The notes beneath the pieces were generated by a model, which worked only from the letters and a program-made list of their open reading frames with translations, searched no databases and was not told the origin of the DNA. This document shows positions 10,885-24,151 of a stretch of 64,000 bases of DNA, piece by piece. Source of the stretch: Scyliorhinus canicula (lineage: Eukaryota). Positions within the stretch are counted from its first letter, which is position 1; each line of letters begins with the position of its first letter. Made by a program: the position numbers and the translations under genes. Location of the stretch: positions 11,636,185-11,700,184 of the forward strand of contig NC_052172.1 of NCBI RefSeq assembly GCF_902713615.1. The letters are read 5' to 3'.

Positions 10885-12740
10885 GATGCACACTCTACCT
10901 CCCATGTGAATTCATCTCTGTATCATCACAGCAGTCAACATCCCACCCCAGGCGGAAGTGAAGAAAGCACTTGACAAACTCCACTCCACCATTAACAACC
11001 AAGAAACAAATCACCCAAGAGCCCTGACAGTCGTGGCTGGAGATTTCAACCAGGTCAACCTCAGGAAGGTTCTACCCAAACTCCATCAACATATCTCCTA
11101 CTCCACTAGAGGTGCAAACACCCTGGGCCACTGCTACACGAGCATCAAAGGTGCCTTCCGCATCATTCCCCGACCTCACTTTGGCAAATCCAATGTACCA
11201 AAGAAGACAATATGGGTGTTCCCCAATCGGACAACCTGGCTCGACCAAAGGGTTCACTCCCTGCTAAAGTCCCGGGTGGAGGCGTTCAAGTCTGGCGATC
11301 CTGACCTATATAAGAAATCCAGGAAGGACGTACGGAATCCATCAGGAATGCCAAAACACAATACCGGATCAAACTGGAGTTCCAGGCCAACGACACAAAC
11401 CCACGACGTCTATGGTAGGGCTTACACGAGATCACAGGCTACAAAGCAAGGCCAGGCGAAATCTCTGGGGCTGGAGCATCTCTCCCCGATGAACTGAACA
11501 AGTTCTATGCCCGCTTTGAACAGTCAGCCAATACAAGAGCCCTGGACACACCCATACCCACTATTACAGAAAGTAAACCCATGGAAAACGACGGGCCCTG
11601 TTGGAGTCCCTGGGCGAGCACTCCGAGCCTGTGTTGACCAGCTGGTGAGTGTATTCGCAGATATCTTCAATACCTCACTTCTCCACTCCGAGGTCCCCAC
11701 CTGCTTCAAGAAGACCACCATAATACCAGTACCAAAGAAGAACAAGATAGCCTGCCTCAACGACTACCGACCGGTGGCCCTGACGTCTGTTATTATGAAA
11801 TGCTTTGAACGGCTAGTCATGAGATAGATCAACGCCAACCTCCCAGACGGTCTTGATCCGTTGCAGTTCGCCTACCGTGGCAACCGATCCACACCAAATG
11901 CTATCTCTCTGGCCCTACAATCAACACTCAAACATCTCGAAAACAAGGACACCTCCGTCAAACTGGTGTTCACAGACAACAGCTCCGCCTTCAACACCAT
12001 TATCCCGACAGGACTAATAATCAAACTCTACAATCTTGGACTTAACCCCTCCCTGTGCAGCTGGATCCTTGCCTTCCTCACCAACAGACCGCAATCTGTC
12101 AGGATCGGCAACAGCACCTCCTCCACAATAGTCCTCAACACCAGGGCCCCGCAAGAATGTGTGCTCAGTTCTCTATTGTACTCCCTATACACACACGACT
12201 ATCTGGCAAGATTTAATTCAATCCAGAAGTTTGCAGATGATATGACTGTGGTGAGCCGTATCTCAAACAACGACGAATCAGACTACAGAAGGGGGATAGA
12301 CCACTTGGTTGTATGGTGTACCGAAAACAACCTCTCTCTAAACGTTGGAAAGACCAAGGAACCGATCATCGACTTCAGGAAGCGTAGCACGACACATCCC
12401 CCCCTCTCCCCCCGTCTCATCAATATTTCCGAAGTGGAGATGGTCAATAGCTTTCAGTTCCTGGGGGTCACCATCACCAACAGTCTGTCCTGGTCCACTC
12501 ACGTTGACACAACAGTCAAAAAAGCCCAACAACGTCTCTACTTCCTACAGAAGCTAAAGAAATTTGGCATGTCTGCATCGACTCTCACAAACTTCTACGG
12601 ATGTGCAATAGAGAGCATCCTATCCGGCTGCATCACAGCCTTGTATAGCAACTGCTCGGTCCAAGATCGCAAGCAACTGCAGAGTGTGGTGAACTCAGCC
12701 CAACGCATCACACAAGCTTGCCACCCTCACATTGATTCAG
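10885..12740 (+). mobile_element. Rex1/Babar-clade LINE, degenerate EN-RT ORF
   Basis: VAGDFNQ (EN), [67 protein letters not shown]. Confidence 0.85.
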
Positions 12741-13609
12741 TCTGTCTATCAATCAATCAATCAAAAAATAGGGAGCAGGAATAAACGGGTATTTCTGGGT
12801 TAGCATGTTCACTAGCAGCATGATCAGTATTTGGGCCTCAGCTATTCACAGTGACTTAGATGAAGGGACCAAGTGTAACGTAATGAAGTTTGCTTGATGA
12901 TAGATTGGAAACTAAATGATGAAACTAACTACCAAGCGGAAGTAGACAGATTGGGTGAGTAGGAAAGAACAAGCTGATTGCGGTAAATTGAGAGAACAAT
13001 GGCATAAACCTACTGAGTAAAAACTGTCATGATAATTTTAGCTGTTTTGTGTTATGCTTATTTAATAAAATATTTTTCTCAGTTCGTGGAAAATGCTGAG
13101 GTCAACTAACTTGTAAAAAAAAAGTGAAAACCCATATTTCCATTTTGGACGCAAAATTTTGTTTTTTGCAAAGTCAATCCCTACTTCTTGACATGTGTCC
13201 CTCACGGATGAAAGTGAGTATTTCTCCTCTTCTAAAAGGTTTTCTCATTTGAAACGTAAATTCTCTCATCTCCATTCAACCATCTGGAGACACGTTGCAG
13301 TTAGCTGGTGCAAATTAACCCTGGGAGCAGTTCCAGAGATGTTTAAGGACCCTCCGGTACATCGTGCAATGTGTGAGCTCGCACACCAAGAGTTGGCAGG
13401 CTGTTCAGCTATATCACCGCCAAGTTCCTTGGTGGATGTGTGGAAGTGTCCAGATGCTGTGACTGGCTTTTGATCAATTCTAACAACCCTCACCCCCCAC
13501 TGGAAATATAACAAGCAGTACAACCATTCAGCTCGAAAGGTCAAAGGCATTGTTTATACTCCACCCACACACACACACACACATACTCCTCTCTTCCTGG
13601 GATGTGAGC

Positions 13610-14625
13610 TATGTGGAACACTCCTTATTCCAGTACCCCCCTGCTCTCCGTAACTCTTTGTCGTTACATCAATGACAGTATCGGTGCCATTTCATGCTCT
13701 CATCTGGACCTGGAAAAATATATTCATTTTGCTTCTAATTTTCACCCCTCCCTCCCATACACGTGCTCCATCTTCGACACTTCCCTTCCCTTGACCTCTG
13801 GTGATTGACCGCCAATATTTATTACAAGCCCACCCACTCCCACAGCTACCTCGACGACAGCTCCTCACATCCTCCTGCCTGTAAGGACTCCATCCCATTC
13901 TCCCAGTAACTTCGCCTCCGTCACATGTGTTCTGATGATACCACCTGCAAAAATGGCACTTCAGACATGTCTGTCTTTTGCCTGAACCACTGTTTCCCCC
14001 ATGCTGTGGTTGACAGGGCAGTCAACCATGTCTGACCCAACCCCCACATCTCTGCCCACCCTCCCAGAATCATGAGAGGGTTCCCCTTGTCCTCCGTTTT
14101 CACCCCACCAGCTTCCACATTCAAATAATTATCCTCCGCCCATTCCGGCCAACCCCAGCATGACACCACCAGGAAACACGTCTACCCCTCAACTCCCTGT
14201 CAGCATTACACAGGGACCGTTCCCTCTCTCACACCCTGGTCCACTCCTCTATCTCCCCCAACTCCTCATCCCTTTCTCATGGCACCTTTCATGCATTCAC
14301 CTGTCCTTTTATGTTCTCCCTCCTCGCCATCCAAGGCCCCAGAAGAAGCAGCGTTTCGCTTGCACCTCTTTCAATTTGATCTGCTTTACTCACTGCTCCC
14401 CATGTGACCTCCTCCACATTGGGACTACTTTGCCAGTCATGGCAACCTTCCTGTCGCTTGCCATTTCAACTCGGCACCTTGCTTTCCTGTCCATGTGTTC
14501 ATCCTTGACCTGTGGCAATGCTCCAATCAAGCCCAACGCAAACTGGGGAGGAGCGGCACCTCATCGTCCGATTAAGCACGTTAACGTCTTCTGGACTCAT
14601 CATTGAGTTCAACAACTTCAGGTTG
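13610..14625 (+). mobile_element. Penelope-like element fragment (RT C-terminus plus GIY-YIG endonuclease remnant)
   Basis: RYINDSIG, YKPT.SHSYL..SSHP..CK.SIP.SQ, LRHMCSDD, FACTSFNLI.F..CS.C.LL.IG. Confidence 0.75.
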
Positions 14626-14794
14626 ACACAGCGCAATTCCTCCAGTCATCTCCTTCCCCCACAGATCATCTGTCACTTGTTGAGTTTCACTTTTACATTC
14701 TGCCATCTTACCTTCACGCCACCATCAGCACTTCCTTTAGTCCTTCACTCACATTAATGCTCCCTTTGTCTTTTGCCTTAAATTGCTCTGTGCT

Positions 14795-15150
14795 TACAGA
14801 CCATGAAAATGACAGTCCTCCCCAGATTTCTCTTTATCTTTCAGTGCCTCCCCATCTTCATCCCTAAGGCCTTTTTCAAGCGGGTGAATAAGATCATTTC
14901 GGACTTTATGTGGGCGGGTAAAACCCCGCGAGTGAAGAAAGTGTTGATGGAGCGCAGTCGGGGGGAGGATGGGTTGGCGCTGCCGAACTTCTGCAATTAC
15001 TACTGGGCGGCTAATATAGCCATGATTAGGAAGTGGGTAGTGGGGGAGGGATCGGCATGGGAGCGGATGGAGGCGGCCATGTGAAGGCACAAGTTTGGGG
15101 GCACAGGTCATGGCACCTCTGCCGTTCACGCCGGCCCAATATTCTCTGTG
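14795..15150 (+). mobile_element. L1-clade ORF2 fragment
   Basis: MKMTVLPRFLFIFQCLPIFIPKAFF...GLALPNF..YYWAA, near-identical to the L1 at 40-41 kb. Confidence 0.8.
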
Positions 15151-15399
15151 CAATGTCTCCTAACTCCCACCTATCACTGGCCTTCTCTCTGCTCCACCCC
15201 TCTTAAACAGTATAAAATCCATCCCCTTTCTCCCTCTCTTTAGCTCTGAACAAGAGTCAAACGGACTTCACCAAAGACCTGCTGAGTTTCTCCAGAATTT
15301 TCTGTTTTTACTCCTCCCACCCACTCCACCTCACCCTATCAGCATACACTTCTATCCTTTTCATATGTTCCTCCTGCCCAGGGTCTGAACTTCTAGCTT

Positions 15400-15760
15400 T
15401 CTCTTCTATCTCCACTATTATCCCCTCTGAGCTCATCTTGCCCATGTGATCCATTCCTGCTCTCTCAAACCCTATTATCAATGAGCTCATTCCATGCTGG
15501 CTCCCATTTTGGCCGATATAAAAGATTATTATCTAAATGGCATCCTGCATGTCTGTGACATAGGCAGACTTTCTCTCGTGGTTCTTTTCGACCTGTCTAT
15601 AGCTGTTGACATGGTTGACCACACCACCCTCCTCCCAACACCTCCCACCATCGTCCAGCTAGGGGGAACAGCTCTCACCTGCTTCCATTCTTCTTCATCT
15701 ATCTGTAGCCAGAGAATGATCTTGCACTGGTATTTCCTCCTGCTCCCGCACAGATACCTA
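15400..15760 (+). mobile_element. L2-like RT fragment
   Basis: LSLVVLFDLSIAVDMVDHTTLL resembles the L2 motif LLDLSAAFDTVDH. Confidence 0.5.
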
Positions 15761-16059
15761 TGGGATCATACAATCTCTTCAGCGCAGGAGGAGGTCATTT
15801 GGCCCTTTGAGTCTGTGCCAACACTCTGAAAGAGCACCTTACCTAGGCCCACTCCCCCACCCAATCCCCGTAACCCTAACAAAGGGGCAATTTATCATGG
15901 ATAATCCACCGAACCTGCACATCTTTGGACTGTGGGAGGAAACCAGAGCACCCGGAGGAAACCCACGCAGACATGGGGAGAGTGTGCAAACTCGAAATCG
16001 AACCCGGGTTCCTGGCGCTTTGAGACATCGGTGCTAACCACTTTGCCACCTTGATAATT

Positions 16060-17010
16060 CCGAGGTTATGCACTTTGAAAGAAGAAACAAGACAAGGGAG
16101 TATGAAATGAATGGCAGGATACTCGGAAGCTCAGAGGAACAGATGGATCTTGGGGTACTTGTTCACAGATCTCTAAAGGCAGTAGTGCAGGGAAATAGGG
16201 TAGTTAAGAAGGAATATGGGGACACCTGCCTTTATCAGTCATGGCATAGAATATAAGAGCAAGAAGGTTATGTTACAGAATGTTAGTTAGGCCACAGCTG
16301 GAGTACTGTGTTCAGTTCTGGTCACCTCACTATATGAAGGAAGTTATTGCATTGGAAGGGATATAGAGGAGATTCACCAATATATTGCCTAGGATGGAGC
16401 ATCTGAGCTATGAAGAGGGACTGGATAGACTTGGAGAGAAGGCTGATGGGGGGGGGGGGGGGGGGGGGTGTAACAATTGGGATGTACAAGATTATGTTGG
16501 GTTTGGACAGGGTAAATAGGAAACAGTTGTTCCCATTGGTTGAGGGACCCATAACAAGGGGGCATCGTTTTAGGGTGAGGGACAGGAGATTCCGAGGGGA
16601 TTTGAGAAAAATTAATTTCACTCATAGAGGATGGTGGGAATCTAGAATGCACTGCCTGGGCAGGTAGGTGAGGCTGGAAACCTCACAAAAAGCACCTGGA
16701 TGATGAGCATTTGAAACAAGGTCACGTTCAAGAACTGGGACAAGTGCTGGTAAATGGGATTAGCACAAGATTACATTCATTGGAGTTTAGAAGAGTGAGA
16801 GGGGATCTCATTGAAATTTACAAAATTCTAACAGAATAGACAGGGTAGATTCAGAAAGAACGTTCCCGATGGTGGGGGAGTCCAGAACTAGGGGTGATAA
16901 TTTGAGGATAAGGGGTAATAACCTTTTGGGACTGAGGTGAGGAGAAATTTCTTCACGCAGAGAATGGTGAATCTGTGGAATTCACTACCACAGAAGGCAG
17001 TTGAGGCGAA
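16060..17010 (+). mobile_element. CR1/HER1-type LINE 3' fragments
   Basis: DLGVLVHRSLK, LVRPQLEYCVQFW, FPLVEGPITRGHRFRVR..RFRGD; two adjacent fragments. Confidence 0.8.
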
Positions 17011-17326
17011 AACATAGAACATAGAACATACGTGCAGAAGGAGGCCATTCGGCCGGCCCACTTAAACCCTCACTTCCACCCTAGCCCCCTGACCCAATAA
17101 CCCCTCCTCACCTTTTTGATCACTAAGGGCAATTTAGCATGGCCAATCCACCTAACCTGCACATCTTTGGACTGTGGGAGGAAACCGGAGCACCCGGAGG
17201 AAACCCACGCAGACACGGGGGGAACATGCAGACTCCACACAGACAGTGACCCAGCGGGGAATCGAACCCGGGACCCTGGCGCTGTGAAGCCACAGTGTTA
17301 TCCACTTTTGCTACCGTACTGCCCAC
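17011..17326 (-). mobile_element. V-SINE (HE1-like)
   Basis: V-domain on the minus strand, (ttctatg)n tail. Confidence 0.85.
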
Positions 17327-17610
17327 CTTAAAACTAATGGAATTATGGGGCGGATTCTGTGATCCTGAGGCTAAGTGTTGACACCGTCAGAAACCCGGTC
17401 GCATTTCTCGACGGCATCAACACGGCCTCAGGATGAGCAATTCTGGCCCCTACAGGGGGCCAGCACAGCACTGGAGCGGTTGACGCCGCTCCAGCTGCTG
17501 ATCCTGGCGTGAACTGGGCACCGTGGGATCCGCGCATTGTGTAATTTCAGGAAGGAATTTGATACAGCTCTTGGGGCTAAAGGGATCAAGGGATGTGGGG
17601 GGAGCAGATC

Positions 17611-18685
17611 AAAGAACAAAGAACAAAGAAAAGTACAGCACAGGAACAGGCCCTCGGCCCTCCAAGCCTGTGCCGACCATGCTGCGCGTCTAAGCTAAAA
17701 TCTTCTACAATTCCTGGGTCCGTATCCCTCTATTCCCATCCTATTCATGTATTTGTCAAGATGCCCCTTAAATGCCACTATCGTCCCTGCTTCCACCACC
17801 TCCTCCGGCGGTGAGTTCCAGGCACCCACTTCCCTGTGTAAAAAACTTGCCCCATACATCTCCTCTAAACCTTGCCCCTCGCAACTTAAACCTATGACCC
17901 CTAGTAATTGACCCCTCTACCCTGGGAAAAAGCCTCTGACTATCTACTCTGTCTGTGCCCCTCATAATTTTGTAGACCTCAATTTTGTCGCCCCTCAACC
18001 TCCGCCATTCTAGTGAGAACAAACCGAGTTTATTCAACCGCTCATCATAGCTAATGCCCTCCAAACCAGGCAACATCCTGGTAAATCTCTTCTGCACCCT
18101 CTCTAAAGCCTCACATCCTTCTGGTAGTGTGGCAACCAGAATGGAACACTATACTCCCAAGTGTGGCCTAATTAAGGTTCTATACAGGAATTCTATACAA
18201 TGAAGGGGCAGCAGGGTAGCATGGTGGTTAGCATAAATGCTTCACAGCTCCAGGGTCCCAGGTTCGATTCCCGGCTGGGTCACTGTCTGTGTGGAGTCGG
18301 CACATCCTCTCCCTGTGTGCGTGGGTTTCCTCCGGGTGCTCCGGTTTCCTCCCACAGTCCAAAGATGTGCGGGTTAGGTGGATTGGCCATGCTAAATTGC
18401 CCGTAGTGTCCTAATAAAAGTAAGGTTAAGGGGGGGTTGTTGGGTTACGGGTATAGGGTGGATACGTGGGTTTGAGTAGGGTGATCATGGCTCGGCACAA
18501 CGTTGAGGGCCGAAGGGCCTGTTCTGTGCTGTACTGTTCTATGTTCTACAGCTGCAACATGACTTGCCAATTCTTATTCTCAATGCCCGGCCAATGAAGG
18601 CAAGCATGCCGTATGCCTTCTTGACTACCTTCTCCACCTGTGTTGCCCCTTTCAGTGACCTGTGGACCTGTGCACCTAGATCTCA
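17611..18685 (-). mobile_element. CR1/HER1-type LINE 3' end with a nested V-SINE (~18206-18545, +)
   Basis: ORF 17768-18097 QKRFTRMLPGLEG.SY.ERL..LGLFSLE.RRLRGD; (ttctttg)n tail. Confidence 0.85.
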
Positions 18686-19029
18686 TGACTTTCCGTGATG
18701 ATCAGCCATGATCATAATGAATGTCAGAGTAGGGTCGAAGAGCCGAATGGCCTCCTCCTGCTATTTTCTATGTATGTTATTGTCGGCGCGAGAGCCATCC
18801 GCCCGAAGGGTCCACCACACTTGCAGGCAGTGCATGCCGGAGTTTTATAGAGAAAACACCCCCCACTACCTTCCCTGATGGTTAGAGCTTCTTAATTCTG
18901 GACCTTTTTTTTCTTTGCATCTTTTCTTTCCCCAGGTTGGGAGAGTAAGTGGTGCTGCAGCTGTCACTCACTCTCAGTGATTGACACACCACACAATCTG
19001 GGGCAGGGGTGGAGGAAGGTGCTCCTGTT

Positions 19030-19347
19030 AAAGGGGCATGTCCCGTTGGCCGACCGCGGGCCGCTTTCGATTTATCCGCCGATCCTGGGCCTTTAATTAC
19101 TCCGCCCCCACCCCCCTGAATTTGTGTCGGCGGTTGGAAAAGCGGACGCCGGAGAGGCGGGCGGGCGCGCGCATCACCGCGCGTGCTCATTGGCTCGCGG
19201 TGACGCAGGGGGCGGGGCCCCGTTGCGTCACCGCCGGGAAGACGCCCAGCCGATTGGCGGAGGCCGCTGCCGATCGGCGAGCCCCGCCCCCTGTCTCCAG
19301 CGGTTGGGGCCGAGCCCAGCGCGAGCGGCGGGCGGGACGGTGAAGCG
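19030..19347 (+). promoter_or_regulatory. YIF1B: CpG-island promoter and 5' UTR of YIF1B
   Basis: High CpG density, two ATTGG (reverse CCAAT) boxes, GC boxes, and two inverted TGACG half-CRE sites just upstream of the first coding exon. Confidence 0.8.
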
Positions 19348-19372
19348 ATGGACAACAGCCGCTTTAGACAGC
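19348..19372 (+). CDS. YIF1B: YIF1B coding exon 1 (MDNSRFRQ)
   Basis: gcgATGG context, GTAAGT donor, phase compatible with exon 2. Confidence 0.7.
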
Positions 19373-19546
19373 GTAAGTCACGTACGTGCCCCCCGAGTCT
19401 TTATTGAAATCGGTTGTCCGTGCGACGGCGGAGGCGGCTGCGAAAGTTCTCCTGGCGGCCTCTTTCGGAAAGCCGGCACCGAGCGGGAAGAGGCGAGGCG
19501 GCGGCGTTACCCCCGGGGACCGACTGGGGGAGGGGATGGGATATTC

Positions 19547-20918
19547 CACAGACCCCCCCCCCCGACTAGGAAGTGGCATTGCCTACAGATCCCCCCCCAA
19601 GACTAGGAAGTGGCATCACCCATAGACCCCCCCACCCCCCAGACTAGGTAGTGGCATCACCCATAGACCCCCCCCCTCCCAGACTAGGAAGTGGCATTGC
19701 CCATAGACCCCCCCCCCCCGACTAGGAAGAGGCATTGCCCACAGATCCCCCCCCCCCCGTCCCCCAAGACTAGGAAGTGGCATCACCCATAGACCCCCCC
19801 CAGACTAGGTAGTGGCATCACCCACAGACCCCCCCCCCCAGACGAGGAAGTGGCACCACCCACAGACCCCCCCCCCCCAAAGACTAGGAAGCGGCATTCC
19901 CATAGACCCCCAGATTAGGAAGTGGCATTGCACACAGACCCCCCCCCCCAGACTAGAAAGTGGCATCACCTATAGACCCCCCCCCCCCAAAGACTAGGAA
20001 GTGGCACCACCCATAGACCCCCCCCCCAAGACTAGGAAGTGGCACCACCCACAGACCCACCCTCCCCACCCCCAAGACTAGGAAGTGGCATTGCCCACAG
20101 ACCCCCCCCCAGACTAGGAAGCGACATTGCCCACAGACCCCCCCCCCCAGACTAGGAAGTGGCATCACCCATAGACCCCCCCCCCCCAGACTAGGAAGTG
20201 TAACCACCCACAGACCCCCCCCCCCCCCCCCCCCCAAGACTAGGAAGCGGCATTCCCATAGACCCCCAGATTAGGAAGTGGCATTGCACACAGACCCCCC
20301 CCCCCAAGACTAGAAAGTGGCATCACCCATAGACCCCCCCCCCCCAAGACTAGGAAGTGGCACCACCCATAGACCCCCCCCCCCCCCCCAAGACTAGGAA
20401 GTGGCACCACCCACAGACCCACCCTCCCCACCCCCAAGACTAGGAAGTGGCATTGCCCACAGACCCCCCCCAGACTAGGAAGTGGCATTGCCCACAGACC
20501 CCCCCCCCACAGACTAGGAAGTGGCATCACCCATAGACCCCCCCAGACTAGGAAGTATAACCACCCACAGACCCCCCCCCCCCCAAAGACTAGGAAGCGG
20601 CATTCCCATAGACCCCCAGATTAGGAAGTGGCATTGCACACAGACCCCCCCCCAGACTAGGAAGTGGCATCACCCATAGACCCCACCCCCCCCAAGACTA
20701 GGAAGTGGCACCACCCACAGACCCACCACCCCCCCACCCCCAAGACTAGGAAGTGGCATTGCCCACAGGCCCCCCTCCCACAGACTAGGAAGTGGCATCA
20801 CCCATAGACCCCCCCCCAGACTAGGAAGTGGCACCACCCAGAGACACCCCCCCCCCCCCCCAAGACTAGGAAGTGGCATTCCCATAGACCCCCAGATTAG
20901 GAAGTGGCATTGCCCACA
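19547..20918. repeat. Minisatellite, ~35-45 bp unit AGACTAGGAAGTGGCA(TCA/TTG)CCCA(C/T)AGAC(C)n, roughly 35 copies
   Basis: Directly visible tandem array in YIF1B intron 1. Confidence 0.95.
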
Positions 20919-21527
20919 GTCCAGCGACACCCCTGAAAACTGAGGAGTGGGATATCCCAGGCATGCCCCTCCCCCATACTGAGGGGAAGGTGGAGTTGGG
21001 GGTTGGGATAGCCTGGAGAATGCCTCCCCCAGATTGAGGGCATGGAGTACAGGAGATATCACCCTGCCCCACCACAGACTGAGGGGCAAATGGGGTATGC
21101 TGGACCCCATATTGGAGGAGAGAACATGCTATCAATGGATACCATGGGGGTTACCAATGACCAGACGCTGAACTGGACCAGCCATACATCAGGTCAGAGA
21201 CTGGGGATCCTGTGAGTATCTCACCTCCTGAACCCCCACCCCCACAAAGCCTGTCCACCATCTACAAGGCACAAATCAGGAGCGTGATGGCATACTCTCC
21301 GCTTGCCAGGATTGGTGACGGGTTCAGTGCTGATTTTGGCGTTGTAAAACGCCAAAGTTCCCACACCTACGTCAACTTAGTCGCTAAATCGGAGAATCCA
21401 GCCCCCTGTCTTTCAGTTTTTTTCTACCAAATTGGAGAACTTCACACTTATTCATATTCTAATCCATCTGCCATGATCTTGCCCGTTCATTTAGCTTGTC
21501 CAAGTTTGAGACGTTGGGTGTAGAAAC

Positions 21528-21790
21528 TTGTGGGGGACAGAGAAAGACTGATGGGGGACAGAGATAGAGAGAGACCTGTGGGGGACAAAGAGAGGAGAGA
21601 CCTGTAGGGGACAGAGAGAGATAGACCTGTGGGGGACAGAGAGGGAGAGACCTGTGGGGGACAGAGAGGGAGAGACCTGTGGGGGACAGAGAGGGAGAGA
21701 CCTGTGGGGGACAGAGAGGGAGAGACCTGTGGGGGACAGAGAGGGAGAGACCTGTGGGGGACAGAGAGGGAGAGACCTGTGGGGGACAGA
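21528..21790. repeat. 25-bp minisatellite GTGGGGGACAGAGAGGGAGAGACCT
   Basis: Directly visible tandem copies. Confidence 0.9.
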
Positions 21791-22449
21791 CATACAGAAA
21801 CAGAGAGAGAGATAGAGTGAGACCTGAGGAGACCTTCAACAAATTCAGGTGGGAACCCATAGGAACAACTTTTTCCAGAGAGTGGTAATAATTTGGAACT
21901 TGCTACCATGAAGGAAAGATATATTTAAGGGATATCTAGATGAGTACATGAGGGAGAGAGGAATAGAAGGATATGCTGATAGGACATGATGAAGAAGGGG
22001 ATGAGCTTGTGTGAAGACTAAACACTGGACTAGACCACTTGATCTGAATGGCCTATTTCTATGCTACATACTTTAACTGTACAACACTGTGTGTGACCAT
22101 ACCTCTCTACTTCCCCATTTCTCTATTGACCATCTCACCATCCACCATTCTCCAAGAGCAGCCCTTTTTTTGCTAAGGTCTGCTGGTATTTATGCTTGCT
22201 CTCCCCCTGAGCCATCCGCCCTGGAACAGGTATCTTACATTGAAAAAACATATTTCCCAAAGGCAGAACTCTTCGGGGACCCCCAGACATCCTGTATAAT
22301 CCTCCTTCATGGACCTGCACCCACTTCTAGTCCTCTTACCTTCCTGTGGGAACAAGTGTTCAGGGAATCCAAATCTTAATTATATATTTTGGAGACTATA
22401 CATGGTTCTGATGATTTCAGTAAACGAGGAAGACTTGCATTTATATTTT

Positions 22450-23060
22450 TTTGTTCATTTATGGGATGCGGCCATTGCTGGCTAGGCCAGCATTTATTGC
22501 CCATCCCCAGTTACCCTCAGAGGTGGTGGTGAGCCCCCTTGAACCGCTGCAGTCCATGTGGTGCAGGTGCACCCACTGTGCTGTTAGGGAGGGAGTTCCA
22601 GGATTTTGACCCAGCGAAAGTGAAGTAATGGCCGATATATTTCCAAGTCAGGATGTTGAGTTACTTGGAGGGGATCCTCCAGGTGGTGGGGTTCCCAGGT
22701 ATCTGCCGCTCTTGTCCTTCTAGATGGTAATAGTTGTGAGTTTGGAAAGTGCCTGTCTAAGGAGCGTTGGTGAGTTACTGCAGTGCATCTTGTAGATGGA
22801 CCACACGGCTGCCACTGTGCGTCGGTGGTGGAGGGTTTGAATGTTTGTGGAAGGGGTGCCAATCAAGTGGGCTGCTTTGTCCTGGATGATGTTGAGCTTC
22901 TCGAGTGTTGTTGGAGCTGCACTCACCCAGACAAGTGGATCACAAGTCCATCACACTCCTGACTTTTGTTTTGTAGATGGTGGACAGGCTCTGGGGAATC
23001 CACAGGATTCCCAGCCTCTGACCTCTTTAGAGCCACAGTATTTATACGGCTGGTCCAGTC
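22450..23060 (-). mobile_element. CR1-group LINE 3' fragment
   Basis: MSAAPTTLEKL..IQDKAA.LI...LHHRRTVAA; 3' tail gggcaataaatgctggcc. Confidence 0.6.
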
Positions 23061-23829
23061 AGTGTATGTCTGCGCTCTCAACCTCAGGATGTTCCATAGT
23101 ACTTTACAGACAATGAGGTTTTTTGAAGTCTAGTCATTGTTATTATGTAGGAAACGTGGACGTGCATTTGCGCACAGCAAGCTTCCACAATCAGCAATGT
23201 GATAATGGCTGGATAATCGTTGGCGATGTTGGCTGAGGGATGAATATTGCTCAGGTCATCGGGGAGACCTTTGCCCATCTTTGAAATAGTATCGTGGGGT
23301 CTTTGCATGGACCCTAGTGAGCAGACAGGGCTTCGCTTTATCGTGTCTCAGCCGGGGAGACAGTGCAGCAGTCACTTGGTAAAAGAAAGTCTAAATTCAT
23401 ATACTGTGGCGTGGCCCAATTTATAAATAAAGTCTCTGTGCTGACATGGTAGGAAAATAAGAACCAGGAGCAGGAGTAGGCCATCTGGCCCCTCGAGCCT
23501 GCTCCGCCATTCAATGAGATCATGGCTGATCTTTTGTGGACTCAGCTCCACTTTCCGGCCCGAACACCATAACCCTTAATCTCTTTATTCTTCAAAAAAC
23601 TATCTATCTTTACCTTAAAAACATTTTAATGAAGGAGACTCAACTGCTTCTCTGGGCAAGGAATTCCATAGATTCATAACCCTTTGGGTATAGAACATTC
23701 TACAAGCCGGTATGACCCCCGTCTACAGAAAATGACTCTTTATTGTTTCGGCTCAAGAGGCTGTGGATAATCTGAATTCATAACCTGGTTACAACAACGG
23801 TCACCTTATTCTGTCACTCTCTATTTCAG

Positions 23830-24056
23830 CTGCCAAGACGAGAACGAGGGGGCCGATGCACGCCGAGGGAGGCCCCAGCCATCTCTTTGAAGACACCAGC
23901 GGGAATATGAGTGCCCCAGGAGCAGGATATGAGGACAGCAGCGCTGGCTTTGGCCTCTCGGGACAGGGCTTCCTCAGCGACCCTGTGGTGTCTAACCTGG
24001 CAATGGCTTATGGCAGCAGTTTAGCCAGCCAGGGCAAGAACATTGTCGATCAAAAT
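23830..24056 (+). CDS. YIF1B: YIF1B coding exon 2
   Basis: HLFEDTS...LSDPVVSNLAMAYGSSLASQGKNIVDQN; AG/GT boundaries. Confidence 0.92.
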
Positions 24057-24151
24057 GTAAGCCGGGGGGGGGGGGGGCTATTTTGTTATCCCCTTTAATC
24101 ACATTTTGCTGTGATGTTTTTAACTTTCTGTTGAGATTGTTTAATTTGATG

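Noticed and set aside
19547-20918. CRISPR-like array (constant repeat with variable spacers)
   Set aside because: The spacers are only poly-C of varying length, the context is eukaryotic, and there are no cas genes.
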